A stretch of 64,000 bases of DNA, taken from the IMG/VR virus record IMGVR_UViG_3300028569_000022, positions 27,441 through 91,440 of that record; one strand, given 5' to 3'. Below are positions 39,128-48,752 of the stretch, piece after piece (position 1 is the first letter of the stretch; each line of letters starts with the position of its first letter). The stretch comes from a virus. A program made the translations under genes and the position numbers. Below the pieces are notes generated by a model. It made no database searches and was not told the DNA's origin. It saw nothing but the letters and a program-made list of their open reading frames with translations.

Positions 39128-40390
39128 TTAATGTGTTATTTCCAATTTATGTTCTACTCTTTCTGCCCACCCTTTATCTTTATGAACTGCCCAAGCAACC
39201 ATTTTTACTGGTTTTTTACCAGTGTAAGTAAAAAATTCTTCGAAATGGATAGGTTTGCCAGTGCTAATGAAATCATGCAATTCTTTTCCTTGTATGCTTC
39301 TAGATTTCACCCCAACTCCATCTTCGTCATCAAAGGCTATAAGAATTGATGAATAATTACTGCCTGGTAACTCATGTCTGTGAACAGTAACTAAATTATA
39401 GAATGAGTTAACCCACGGACTGTCGTTTGGAGTTGGTGGATATTGATTTGATAAGGCATATTCCTGTACTTTCTTCTCTTTAAAATTAACTCCAGCAAAC
39501 ACCTCATATTCAGCTAAAGTTCTAGATGTCCCTAATCCATAGTCACCAAAGACAATAGAATCATCTTGTTCAACTCCGAATAGCACACGGATTTTTTTGC
39601 GAGCAAATTCTTGTTTGTTATACCAATCAATTCCAAACTTTCCGTCATCATCCCATTTTAACATTCCGCTTCTTTCTTCTCTCATTGTAGAATGCCAAAT
39701 TACTAATCTGTGCGGATGGAAAATGTTATAGCCATGTGTAAATGACCTTACGGACAAATTAATCTCTTCGCCGCTAAAATATATGTCTGGATCATGCTTA
39801 ACGTCTCTGGCCCACTGGCTTCTAGCAAAAGAGAAATGACCCGACAAAAACCGAGCGTGAGCTGGTTCTGTCATAGTCTCCCATCCTGAAAGCAATGCTG
39901 GACGTATAAAAATAGTACCATGAGGATAAAAACAAGCGAATTGAGCCTGCCAAGGAACGTCTGCTCTACCTACCGGATCCTTAAATGGGTTATAATGAGG
40001 TAGATATCCAGCAATAATTGGTTTGTACCCTTGCTTCTCCATTTGAGAGTGCATTCCGATTAGAGTTGAATCCCAATTTTTGGTGAATCTGTGATGAGAG
40101 TCTAATTGTAAAACAAAATCCTCGTCTGTTAAAAGCTTTTCGTTTATTTGAGCTCTGGCCCACGGTAGACCCAAAGCCTCCTTATATGGAACATCCATTA
40201 TTTTAAATCTAGAATCTAATCTAAATTCGTCTATGTTATCAAATTGGTCAGCAGGATTATATTGCCTGCAAACCCCGAAATGTATTCGCTCTGGATACTC
40301 AGCGTGTGATAACGCATCTTTGATTGTAGGAATGAGCTCAGGGTCTCTATAGCTCGGTAAGTGTACTAAAATGGTTTCTGTATTACTCAT
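39128..40390 (-). CDS. GT60-like polypeptide alpha-GlcNAc-transferase, paralog B
   Basis: LPSYRDPE, WAR, LQLDSHHRF..NWD, SGHFSF, YFSGEE..L.VRSFTHGY, WH. Confidence 0.8.
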   Translation of the reverse strand: MSNTETILVHLPSYRDPELIPTIKDALSHAEYPERIHFGVCRQYNPADQFDNIDEFRLDSRFKIMDVPYKEALGLPWARAQINEKLLTDEDFVLQLDSHHRFTKNWDSTLIGMHSQMEKQGYKPIIAGYLPHYNPFKDPVGRADVPWQAQFACFYPHGTIFIRPALLSGWETMTEPAHARFLSGHFSFARSQWARDVKHDPDIYFSGEEINLSVRSFTHGYNIFHPHRLVIWHSTMREERSGMLKWDDDGKFGIDWYNKQEFARKKIRVLFGVEQDDSIVFGDYGLGTSRTLAEYEVFAGVNFKEKKVQEYALSNQYPPTPNDSPWVNSFYNLVTVHRHELPGSNYSSILIAFDDEDGVGVKSRSIQGKELHDFISTGKPIHFEEFFTYTGKKPVKMVAWAVHKDKGWAERVEHKLEITH

Positions 40391-41621
40391 ATTTTATAAT
40401 TTGTTCAATCTTATCGCACCATCCTTTAGAAATACTGTGAGGCCAAAATCTTGACGAGTATGGTAACTTGTTGTCATCATAATCTACCCACACGTGGATA
40501 AATTTGTCGTTTGGATCTTTGTTTAATAAAGTTTTAATTTCTGGCTCTCCGACATCTCTTCTAAATAAATCCTCTCCTGCTGTATTCAGCATAGCTACCA
40601 CAAAAACATTATAATCAGTTTCTGTAAGAGATTCTTTAAAAATACTTACACAGGTTTTAACTTTATTTTTTAACCCTTTTTCATAATCTCCTTTTATTGG
40701 TGGTCTCTCATTATTTAAAGTTTCTTCGTGAATTTGACGTTTGCTGAAATTCAATCCAGCATATCTTTCATAATCTTGTAGTGTTCTTTCCTCACCAAAT
40801 CCAAACCCATTTAAATCTTCATTACTGTTTCCCATTCCAAACAAAGCCCTGAACCGAGCATAAGATTTTTTATCTTTATCAGACCATCCTGAATGATCTC
40901 CCCAATGTTTAGGTTTGCTCTCTCTGCCATAAAAATGCCAAGCAAGTATTTTATGAGGACTAAATAGATCGTATCCGTGAGTGAATGCTCGTACTGCAAG
41001 TGAGGTTTCTTCTCCGTGAAAATAAAAGTCTGGATCGTAAGGTACTTCTACAACAAACTTGCCTAATGTAAAAATGTAATGACCAGATATGAATCTTGAT
41101 GGAAAGGGTTTTTCCTGATTTTGCCAATCAGGTAATGCAGATGGTCTCAAGAAAGCTGGACCTTCCGGCAAGAAACGTTCTATTCCCATAATCCAAGGGT
41201 GAGTTATTCTATCTAACGGGTCTTTGTCAGGAAAGTAACATGGTAAATATGAAGAAAGAATAGGTTTTTTATATCCATCAACTTGCAAATCCTTAAGCAT
41301 ATTGATAGACTCTGTATCCCAATTTTTAATAAATCGGTGATGACTGTCTAATTGCAATGTAAACTCCTCGCCTTTGTAATGTTGTTGAATTTGACTCCTA
41401 GCCCAACAAGCGCCGTTACTTTGTTCAAAAGGAATGTCTAGTATGTTAAATCTGGAGTCGTTTTTATACTTGTCTATATTTTCGTCTAAGCCATGTTGCC
41501 ACGCGATGCAGAAGACTAAATTTTCCGGAAATTCAGCATTTGCAACACAATCATCAATAGTTGGGATTAACTCAGCATCTCTATAAGATGCTATTTGAAT
41601 GAAAATTTTTGATTTAATCAT
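40383..41621 (-). CDS. GT60-like polypeptide alpha-GlcNAc-transferase, paralog A
   Basis: IFIQIASYRD, GACWAR, LQLDSHHRF..NWD, PYDP.FYFHGEE..LAVRAFTHGYD, GEERTL.DYE. Confidence 0.82.
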   Translation of the reverse strand: MIKSKIFIQIASYRDAELIPTIDDCVANAEFPENLVFCIAWQHGLDENIDKYKNDSRFNILDIPFEQSNGACWARSQIQQHYKGEEFTLQLDSHHRFIKNWDTESINMLKDLQVDGYKKPILSSYLPCYFPDKDPLDRITHPWIMGIERFLPEGPAFLRPSALPDWQNQEKPFPSRFISGHYIFTLGKFVVEVPYDPDFYFHGEETSLAVRAFTHGYDLFSPHKILAWHFYGRESKPKHWGDHSGWSDKDKKSYARFRALFGMGNSNEDLNGFGFGEERTLQDYERYAGLNFSKRQIHEETLNNERPPIKGDYEKGLKNKVKTCVSIFKESLTETDYNVFVVAMLNTAGEDLFRRDVGEPEIKTLLNKDPNDKFIHVWVDYDDNKLPYSSRFWPHSISKGWCDKIEQIIKYE

Positions 41622-41630
41622 AAAGGCTGA

Positions 41631-41891
41631 TCAAGCTACCCAATCAACAGTCTTTATGTCTGTCACGTCGAAATAAATTGCGTGACCAATTGAATTGCCT
41701 TCATTAATCAAAAATCCTCTAAGTTTTCTGGGAGTTTCTGAGTAAGGAGTTCGTTTTTCTAAAATCTCTTCTTTTGTAACGAAGTATTCCTTATTTTCAA
41801 ACTGTTTTTGAATCGCTTTTCTTAAGAATTCTTGCAAATCTCCTCTGCCGACTTGTTCTTGAGTTACTGTGTAATAAGTTGGTTGTGACAT
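41631..41891 (-). CDS. Hypothetical protein at the head of the GT cluster
   Basis: 86-aa ORF, 9 nt from the next gene. Confidence 0.55.
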   Translation of the reverse strand: MSQPTYYTVTQEQVGRGDLQEFLRKAIQKQFENKEYFVTKEEILEKRTPYSETPRKLRGFLINEGNSIGHAIYFDVTDIKTVDWVA

Positions 41892-41945
41892 TAGACCGGT
41901 AATTATCCCATCAATCTAATGTTTTACAACAAGTAATTTTAAAGC

Positions 41946-42233
41946 TTAAAACCAAAGCTCAGCAGAGGTATTTGAAATATCTTTTAATAGCTTCATACAA
42001 GTTTTAGTCTTGTACATTAACGAATTAATTCGTTTTTTTCTAGCAGGAGTATCGTTAATTGGATTAAGCTGAGCAATTCTCAGCTTTTGGTAGAGTCTGT
42101 CGGTAAGAGAATAACACGTTGCTATATCTTCCTCGACGTTTTCAAGCGGATAAGGGAGAGGTTTTCTCTCTTTCGGCTGGAGCATATCGGGATTAATCTG
42201 ATTAAAAATTGAATGATCTTTAAAAGAATTCAT
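41946..42233 (-). CDS. Hypothetical protein
   Basis: 95-aa ORF, co-oriented with neighbours. Confidence 0.5.
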   Translation of the reverse strand: MNSFKDHSIFNQINPDMLQPKERKPLPYPLENVEEDIATCYSLTDRLYQKLRIAQLNPINDTPARKKRINSLMYKTKTCMKLLKDISNTSAELWF

Positions 42234-42239
42234 TAGAGT

Positions 42240-42734
42240 TTAATAATGACTTGCTGTACTAAATTTTTGGAAATCCATTAGATCATTTGGCAGTAGTTTA
42301 CGATCAGGATCTTTAGGAATCTCGCGTGGAACAACAGGATAGCAAATTGTAAAAATGTCAGGATAATCTTTAAAATATCGTTTAGCAAAATAAACGTCAA
42401 ACCAATCATATGGGTTTGTTTCCATTTCTTCTGGAGTAATTAATTGTTTTTGACCTCGCATTTTTAATTCATGATTTGCGTGTCTTGCGTATTCTACAGC
42501 TCTCGCTCTAAACTTATTGAGTTCAATAGCAAGTTTAGCTTGTAAAGCTCGTTTTTTTTCTCGATCAGGTTCTGCCTGTCTGTATTGAGTGTATTGTTTT
42601 CTTATGCTGGCAGCATCTTTACATATTTGAAGTATTTGAGAAATAGCTTCTTGTAACAACTGACTAGGATCAGATTCAGTCTGAATTTCGGTAAAAACGC
42701 GCTCACACAACAATAAAAAGTTAATATTACTCAC
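42240..42734 (-). CDS. Hypothetical late protein
   Basis: GTG start with TAAATA 5 nt upstream. Confidence 0.5.
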   Translation of the reverse strand: MSNINFLLLCERVFTEIQTESDPSQLLQEAISQILQICKDAASIRKQYTQYRQAEPDREKKRALQAKLAIELNKFRARAVEYARHANHELKMRGQKQLITPEEMETNPYDWFDVYFAKRYFKDYPDIFTICYPVVPREIPKDPDRKLLPNDLMDFQKFSTASHY

Positions 42735-42798
42735 TCTTTTATTTAATCTAACTCAGCAAAGTTATTTATATAATATACCGCTCCTACACAAAATTGTG

Positions 42799-42993
42799 CT
42801 ATTTACGGCAAAATAGTCTGTGAATCCAACTATACCAGTCGGACCACTCGACTGCAAATACGAGTTTAGTCCAGCAAATACTAACCAAAAACATAATATT
42901 GTTAATAAAATAACCGTATTTTGGTTTGGTGTGTGCCATTGCTTCAGTAACTAATTTTTCTGTTTGTTCTGGAGTGAGATTTATTGTTTTCAT
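42799..42993 (-). CDS. Small hypothetical protein
   Basis: 64-aa ORF filling the gap. Confidence 0.4.
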   Translation of the reverse strand: MKTINLTPEQTEKLVTEAMAHTKPKYGYFINNIMFLVSICWTKLVFAVEWSDWYSWIHRLFCRK

Positions 42994-43034
42994 TTCATCT
43001 ATAATACTACTTAACTATTGTGGACAGCTCAACG

Positions 43035-43466
43035 TTATTCCGCTTGCTTTTCAAATGTTGATCCAGCTAGACCAACTGGAGTAGTTAATGTGGTTGCTGT
43101 GAATTGCATATACACTCCGTTGGTTTGATTACAAGACTCGCATTTAAATGTGTTTTTTTGATTCAGTTTGATGAAAGTTGTGTTCGGTTGCTGACAATAC
43201 GCACACGACAATTGAACCGTAAAGTTAGCTAACTTGTCTAATGCTTCAAGCTCAACAAATTCTCGTGAAATTCTTTCTCTTTGAGCAAGAAACGTATTTA
43301 TTGCAAAAAAACATACAATTTGAACTAGAATTGCTAGCCAAAACCAAGAAAAAAAGTTTCCAGCAATTGATGGTCCAACAAATCCACAAATCGTAGCCAC
43401 ACAAGCTGTGGCTAGAACGGAAATACCTATTACTATTAAATCAAATTTGCTTAAAAATTTATTCAT
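43035..43466 (-). CDS. Membrane protein with C-terminal Zn-ribbon
   Basis: Two TM helices; CAYC...CESC. Confidence 0.6.
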   Translation of the reverse strand: MNKFLSKFDLIVIGISVLATACVATICGFVGPSIAGNFFSWFWLAILVQIVCFFAINTFLAQRERISREFVELEALDKLANFTVQLSCAYCQQPNTTFIKLNQKNTFKCESCNQTNGVYMQFTATTLTTPVGLAGSTFEKQAE

Positions 43467-43696
43467 TTCTCTGTAACCTTATTGTAAAGAATGTCTGTTG
43501 CTGAATCCACGTATTTTTGAATTTTTAATGGTTCGAGGTCAAAGCTATCAAATGGGATTTTTTTATCTTCGCACTTGTCCCCAATAATGTCAATAGCGTC
43601 TTTAAGTGCAGCCCAGCGACACAACTCATATAAAGACATATCAGCAATAATAACTTCTTTTTTAGGGTACTCTTGTTGTTTGGTGTTTTTCTTCAT
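43463..43696 (-). CDS. Hypothetical protein
   Basis: ATGA overlaps on both sides. Confidence 0.6.
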   Translation of the reverse strand: MKKNTKQQEYPKKEVIIADMSLYELCRWAALKDAIDIIGDKCEDKKIPFDSFDLEPLKIQKYVDSATDILYNKVTEK

Positions 43697-43971
43697 CGAG
43701 AGGGAGTATACTCTACTTTCTTCATTGAAGACAACGAGAATTTTACCGTTTCCTCAAATATTTCTTCTGGAAGCTGCTCAACAAACGTTAAAATACCCGT
43801 GTTGACTGCGTTGTTGAAATCTTCTATTGTTAGATAGAATGGTTCTGCCCCAGGAATATACAAAAATTGATAATAATCCTTAGATTCTTCTAAAAAAATT
43901 AAAAAATCTCCAGCTCTGATTTTATCAAAACTATAAAAACCTCGTTTGATGGGTAAAAAATCTTTCTGCAT
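43693..43971 (-). CDS. Hypothetical protein
   Basis: ATGA-coupled to the downstream gene. Confidence 0.55.
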   Translation of the reverse strand: MQKDFLPIKRGFYSFDKIRAGDFLIFLEESKDYYQFLYIPGAEPFYLTIEDFNNAVNTGILTFVEQLPEEIFEETVKFSLSSMKKVEYTPSR

Positions 43972-44047
43972 TCATTAATAATTACACAAAAAATTAAATA
44001 AATAAACCTTTCGATCACTATATCATTGAAATAAATCAAATGGCCTT

Positions 44048-44053
44048 TAAATA
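44048..44053 (+). promoter_or_regulatory. Late-promoter-like TAAATA (representative; recurs before many structural genes)
   Basis: 5 nt before the portal ATG. The same motif occurs at 8922, 24337, 32604, 45982, 46865, 51590, 60324 and 62950, among others. Confidence 0.7.
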
Positions 44054-44058
44054 CTAAT

Positions 44059-45936
44059 ATGACCTATAGACCCTATACAAATAATGCTGGGGTACCTGGA
44101 AGTTCTACTGCATCAGTAAAACCTCAACCGTATCCACAAACTTCATTATTAGGAGCCTTCGTATCTCGTTTGCCGTATGCATATCAAATCATTGATACGA
44201 TGGTAAAAAATAACCCAAAGTTCTATGAGTTCAAGAACCAATCCTCTAAAAAAGAGGAGATGTTACAAGATCAGTCTGTATTTTTAAATCAAACACAAAC
44301 GTTAGATAACTACGGTAACGGAACTCCGGGATCATTTGCAATAAACAAAGATTATCAAGCATTTGTATATGCAACCGTCGATAAAGACAAACAACGTAGA
44401 TTGTCTGACTACAGAAGAATGGCAGCGTATGCTGAGCTTGCTGATTGTTTAGATGAAATATGTGACGAGTGTATAGTAACGGACGAAAACGGAGATATTA
44501 TTAAATTTCAAGTCAAAGGATCATACAGCAAAAATATTCAAGACTCTCTTAAAAAAGAATTTGATAATTTTATACAAATATATGATTTGGAGCATAATGG
44601 TTGGGAAAAATTCCGTCAATTGCTCGTCGAAGGTGAAATTTTTTACGAAACTTTAATTAAAAACAAAAGAGAGGATCTTGGCGTTATTGGGTTAGTTTCT
44701 ATACCGTCAGATTTAGTAAATCCAGTATATCACAACGTACAAAACGAAATTATTAAAGGATACTTGTTGCGTAAACCAATAATAGGACCAACACAGTCAA
44801 TTAATACTGAAGATCAAGAAGAGCTGATTTTTCTTCAAAAAGCTCAGGTCAGCTATGTTAACTCTGGTTGTTGGAATGAATTCAAAACTATGAGAATTCC
44901 CTTCATTGAGAATTCTAAAAGAGCATATCGCCAGTTAAGTCTTATAGAAGATTCAGTTGTAATTTATCGTTTGGTCCGAGCACCTGAGAGGTTGGTATTT
45001 AAAGTTTATACAGGAAACATGCCTCCACCAAAAGCTGAATCATATATTAAAAGTTTAATGATGAAATATTGGTCTAAAAAGACCTTTAATGGAGCAGAGG
45101 GCAAAACAGCTAACGTATATGATCCCCAATCCATGTTAGATTCTTATTGGTTTCCAGTCGATGCTCAAGGACACGGAACGGATGTTAACCCAATTACTAC
45201 TTCTACAAATTTAGGTGAAATTAAAGATTTGGATTATTTTCTAACAAAGTTGTACAAGAGTTTAAAGGTTCCAATTTCCAGATTCATGACTCCTGGCGAT
45301 CCATTCAAGGATGGAACAGAAATAACTAGAGACGAATTACGTTTTGCTAGGTTTATTATTAGAATTCAATCTCAGTTTGCTTCGGGCATCAAACAAACTT
45401 TTATTACCCATTTAAAGTTAAAAGGATTGTGGAAAGACTATAATTTAAAAGAGCAATCAATAAAAATTAAATTTAATGAACCAACGTCGTTTATGACGAT
45501 GCGGAATCAACAAATTTTAAGTTTGAGGTTTGAAAATTATAATGCTGCTACTCAAGGAGATGCTATATCGAAGTCGTATGCCCAAAAATATTATTTAGAC
45601 ATGACTGCTGAGTTAATGACAGAAAACAGAGAATGGCTCAGAAAAGATGCGGCTCTTAAGTGGGAGTTGGGTCAGATCGAAGCATCAGGACCAAATTTCA
45701 GAGAACAATTAGCATCACAACAAGGTGGTGGAGAAGCTGCTCTTGATGATGGTGGCGGAGAAGCTCCTGCTCCTGATCTCGGAGGTGGAGGAGCGCCTGA
45801 ATCTTCAGATATTCCTGAATTTGGCGGCGGAGAAGCTCCTGATGCTGGTGGCGGAGAAGCTCCTGCTCCTGAGGCGGGTGGCGGAGAAGCTCTTGCTCCT
45901 AATGCGGGTGGCGGAGAAGCTCCTGCTTCAGTGTAA
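44059..45936 (+). CDS. gp20: Portal protein, T4 gp20-like
   Basis: YRRMA...DEICDE, EDSVVIYRLVRAPERLVF, GNMP..KAE.Y, SMLDSYWFP, LYKSLKVP.SR, EITRDELRF. Confidence 0.95.
   Translation: MTYRPYTNNAGVPGSSTASVKPQPYPQTSLLGAFVSRLPYAYQIIDTMVKNNPKFYEFKNQSSKKEEMLQDQSVFLNQTQTLDNYGNGTPGSFAINKDYQAFVYATVDKDKQRRLSDYRRMAAYAELADCLDEICDECIVTDENGDIIKFQVKGSYSKNIQDSLKKEFDNFIQIYDLEHNGWEKFRQLLVEGEIFYETLIKNKREDLGVIGLVSIPSDLVNPVYHNVQNEIIKGYLLRKPIIGPTQSINTEDQEELIFLQKAQVSYVNSGCWNEFKTMRIPFIENSKRAYRQLSLIEDSVVIYRLVRAPERLVFKVYTGNMPPPKAESYIKSLMMKYWSKKTFNGAEGKTANVYDPQSMLDSYWFPVDAQGHGTDVNPITTSTNLGEIKDLDYFLTKLYKSLKVPISRFMTPGDPFKDGTEITRDELRFARFIIRIQSQFASGIKQTFITHLKLKGLWKDYNLKEQSIKIKFNEPTSFMTMRNQQILSLRFENYNAATQGDAISKSYAQKYYLDMTAELMTENREWLRKDAALKWELGQIEASGPNFREQLASQQGGGEAALDDGGGEAPAPDLGGGGAPESSDIPEFGGGEAPDAGGGEAPAPEAGGGEALAPNAGGGEAPASV
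45724..45930 (+). repeat. GGGEA(P/L) coding repeats in the portal C-terminus
   Basis: Several copies of GG(T/C)GGCGGAGAAGCTC(C/T)TG. Confidence 0.75.
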
Positions 45937-45993
45937 TGTTAATGAGTTAATACTCACTTGTGCTTATTCGGGTAACTTTGATAAATAATAAAC

Positions 45994-46860
45994 ATGCCTG
46001 GACCAGTAATACCAATCGGTTATAAAGGAGGAACTAATTACAATCCCTCTATTACAACATACGAAGAGCTCTCAATACGTTTACAACGACAGCTTGGTGC
46101 TCCGTTAATCAACTTAGAGATATCAGACGAACAAGTTTATGATTGTATTACAGATGCAATTGAATATTTTACGAAATGGGCAGGATATACGGAGGAGTAT
46201 CTAATATTCAGTTCTAAGCTCTACACTACTGGTTATGGAATTAAAATAGAAAACCTTGTAAATAACACTCCTGAATTAACCTCAAGTAATACTCCAAGTC
46301 TTTCGACGTCTTATGATTACGATTTGGCAAGCTATAGAAAGGTAATAGATTGCTTTGAGTTTTCTAAAGGAGAAGATACTGGTATTAATACGCTGTTTAC
46401 AATGGAACAATCAATGGCGCAACAAGTTTATTCGAGTTATATGGTGGGTAACTTTGGGTTTGACTTAGTAACTTGGGAAGTACTTAAAGGATTTATTGAT
46501 ACTAGAAATAAAGTACTTGCAATGGTTCCTCACTTTAGATTTGATGCTAGAGAACAACTGTTAAGGATTATTCCTGAACCTACTTCTAATCACACGTATT
46601 TAGGTATAGTTGGATGTTATATAGAGCGTCCCATCAAACATTTAATTAGTGAAAGATATGTACAAAAATTAGCATTAGCAAAAATGAAGATTGCTATTGC
46701 TAGAGTCAGAGAAAAATATAGCGGAACAAATTTATTTGGAGGTGGATCAGTAAACAGTCAAAGCTTGCTTTCAGAAGGTATTGCAGAAGTAGAAAAGTTC
46801 GAACAAGAAATCAGAGAGTCTTATATCGATAACACACCACCAACATTCTTTATTGGATAA
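45994..46860 (+). CDS. gp13: Neck/head-completion protein, T4 gp13-like
   Basis: RQLGAPLINLEISDEQVYDCI.DAIEYF; KYSG..L.GG..VN...L..EG..E...E; PP.FFIG. Confidence 0.9.
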   Translation: MPGPVIPIGYKGGTNYNPSITTYEELSIRLQRQLGAPLINLEISDEQVYDCITDAIEYFTKWAGYTEEYLIFSSKLYTTGYGIKIENLVNNTPELTSSNTPSLSTSYDYDLASYRKVIDCFEFSKGEDTGINTLFTMEQSMAQQVYSSYMVGNFGFDLVTWEVLKGFIDTRNKVLAMVPHFRFDAREQLLRIIPEPTSNHTYLGIVGCYIERPIKHLISERYVQKLALAKMKIAIARVREKYSGTNLFGGGSVNSQSLLSEGIAEVEKFEQEIRESYIDNTPPTFFIG

Positions 46861-46877
46861 CAATTAAATATATTTAT

Positions 46878-47375
46878 ATGCAAGACAAAAAAGCAGTAGG
46901 TTCTACAGGATCCGTTAAAAAATACTCAGCAACATTACAAGCCAATGTAAATGAATCTAAATCTTCTTGGTTTGATAAAAATTTTAAATTTAAATCCGTA
47001 GCAGCTTTCGACAAAGCAACAACGGTAACATACGGAATTGTATGTGAGCCTAGCATTAATTTATCAGCAAAGTTTACAAAAGATCAATTAGACTCAATTG
47101 AAATTAAGGATAGTGCTGATTTTAAAGGACAACACCATCTTTTATTTCAACTTAAAGATAATCTTATTAGCAAGAGCGATATTATGAATGCTGAAAAAGT
47201 TATTCGAAAACTGGCTTCAAGATTGTATAAAAAAGTTACAAGCACTGAAGACATTAAAGAGATTGCAATACAAATTCAGCAAAGAGGGGTTAATAAATAT
47301 AGAGAAGATATTCATTCATTAGAAGAATCTCGTTTTGAATTTGATGCACTTTTTTTAAAAGTTATTAACTCTTGA
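46878..47375 (+). CDS. Hypothetical late protein
   Basis: TAAATA 7 nt upstream. Stop overlaps the TTG of the gp4-like gene. Confidence 0.55.
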   Translation: MQDKKAVGSTGSVKKYSATLQANVNESKSSWFDKNFKFKSVAAFDKATTVTYGIVCEPSINLSAKFTKDQLDSIEIKDSADFKGQHHLLFQLKDNLISKSDIMNAEKVIRKLASRLYKKVTSTEDIKEIAIQIQQRGVNKYREDIHSLEESRFEFDALFLKVINS

Positions 47376-47818
47376 AAAAAAACTCAAAATATAGACAAGG
47401 CGTCTTCAGACCAAACTTTCCTGAAAAATATAAAGGAACGTTTCCAATATATTTTAGAAGCTCATATGAGTTAAAATTTCAAAAATGGGCTGACAACAAC
47501 TCCAACGTATTAACATGGGGATCTGAAACTATAATAATTCCTTACCCAAATCCACTAACGGGACGAGTATCTAGATATTTTACTGATTTTAACATAACCC
47601 TTAAAGATAAACGCGGAGAAATAAAAAGTTATATCATAGAAATTAAACCGTCCAGCCAACTTCTTCCGCCTTCACAAAAAGGAAAGAGCACCAAATCTTT
47701 AATTAGACAACAAACAGATTACGTTAAAAATCAAGCAAAATGGAAAGCTGCTGCTGAGTATGCTGAGCGCAAGGGAATGATTTTTACTATAATAACAGAA
47801 AAACACTTAGGGATTTGA
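47372..47818 (+). CDS. gp4: Head completion nuclease, T4 gp4-like (TnsA-like)
   Basis: YRQG.F.P..PEKY.G, RSSYE, WGSE.I.IPY, RYFTDF, IEIKP, NQAKWKAA, ITE. Confidence 0.92.
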   Translation: MKKNSKYRQGVFRPNFPEKYKGTFPIYFRSSYELKFQKWADNNSNVLTWGSETIIIPYPNPLTGRVSRYFTDFNITLKDKRGEIKSYIIEIKPSSQLLPPSQKGKSTKSLIRQQTDYVKNQAKWKAAAEYAERKGMIFTIITEKHLGI

Positions 47819-48712
47819 TGTGTTATTTAATTTAAGACAATCTATTTCTGCTTTTAATTCTTTTATTGCCTCTATTAGTACGCCAACTAAATTGCCATAC
47901 GCTACGGTTTTAATTCCGCTTACTTCGCTAACTACTTGAGGAACAATAGACTCGACCTCTTGAGCAATTACTCCAACGTGAGAGCTTTCGTCATCTTTTC
48001 TCTGGAATTCTACTCCACGCAACAGCATTACTTTTGATAACGCATTATCAATCGTGTTAACATTCTTTTTAATACTAGCGTCAGAAAAAGAAGCAATATC
48101 ACCAGAAGTTGTTAATCTTCCGTCTGAATCCAAATTCATTCGAACGGATCCTGAATGATGCCATCGGAGATTTGGAAGTTGATCTGATCCAAAAGTATCA
48201 TTGTGCCAGAATTGAGATCCATCCAAAGCTTTTGAAAAAGTAATTTTCCCACCGTTTATTTTATCATTCTGTCTTGATAGGACGAGATTGTCAACTTCTG
48301 TCTCTCCACTAAGTGTTGCTCCATTCTTAATGGTTACGTTTCCTGTACACAAGTTGAAACTTAATGGTCTTAATTCATTACTTTGACTTAATGTCTCTCC
48401 GTCCTTTGTTATTTTAAATGAGTGAGTTTCACCATCGTTCTGTTCAATGACACTAGCTTTTTCGTTGAAATGTATTACTTGATCTTTAAACGCAACGTCC
48501 GATAAAAAATTTGCATGTTTAGAGACGTTTATCCTAAGAAAATTCACACAAGAATCATCAATGGTACTTACAAATCCATCCGCATTTGTTGTAACAAATT
48601 GGTCAAGATTAAATCTAGCCTCTTTATTAACCGTTGAATCAAATCCCAATATCCATTTGTTGTGTTTATTATCCGAAACGGTCAGCTTTGATATTTGTTG
48701 TATGTCAGTCAT
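47807..48712 (-). CDS. Tail fibre with C-terminal intramolecular chaperone (peptidase S74)
   Basis: FSDASIKKNV..I.NAL...GVIAQEVE...VAYGNLVGVLIEAIKEL. Confidence 0.85.
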   Translation of the reverse strand: MTDIQQISKLTVSDNKHNKWILGFDSTVNKEARFNLDQFVTTNADGFVSTIDDSCVNFLRINVSKHANFLSDVAFKDQVIHFNEKASVIEQNDGETHSFKITKDGETLSQSNELRPLSFNLCTGNVTIKNGATLSGETEVDNLVLSRQNDKINGGKITFSKALDGSQFWHNDTFGSDQLPNLRWHHSGSVRMNLDSDGRLTTSGDIASFSDASIKKNVNTIDNALSKVMLLRGVEFQRKDDESSHVGVIAQEVESIVPQVVSEVSGIKTVAYGNLVGVLIEAIKELKAEIDCLKLNNTSNP

Positions 48713-48752
48713 TTCTATGATTATTTTAAATTGTATTGGGTTTCCTTAACCA

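Noticed and set aside
33887-41621. Host capsule/LPS locus or eukaryotic giant-virus origin
   Set aside because: No wzx/wzy/ABC export or sugar-synthesis genes, and the cluster is flanked by T4-like portal, neck and baseplate genes.
41622-41633. TGA readthrough fusing the 86-aa ORF to GT60 paralog A
   Set aside because: An in-frame 9-nt gap is expected by chance one time in three, and the GT has its own typical start.
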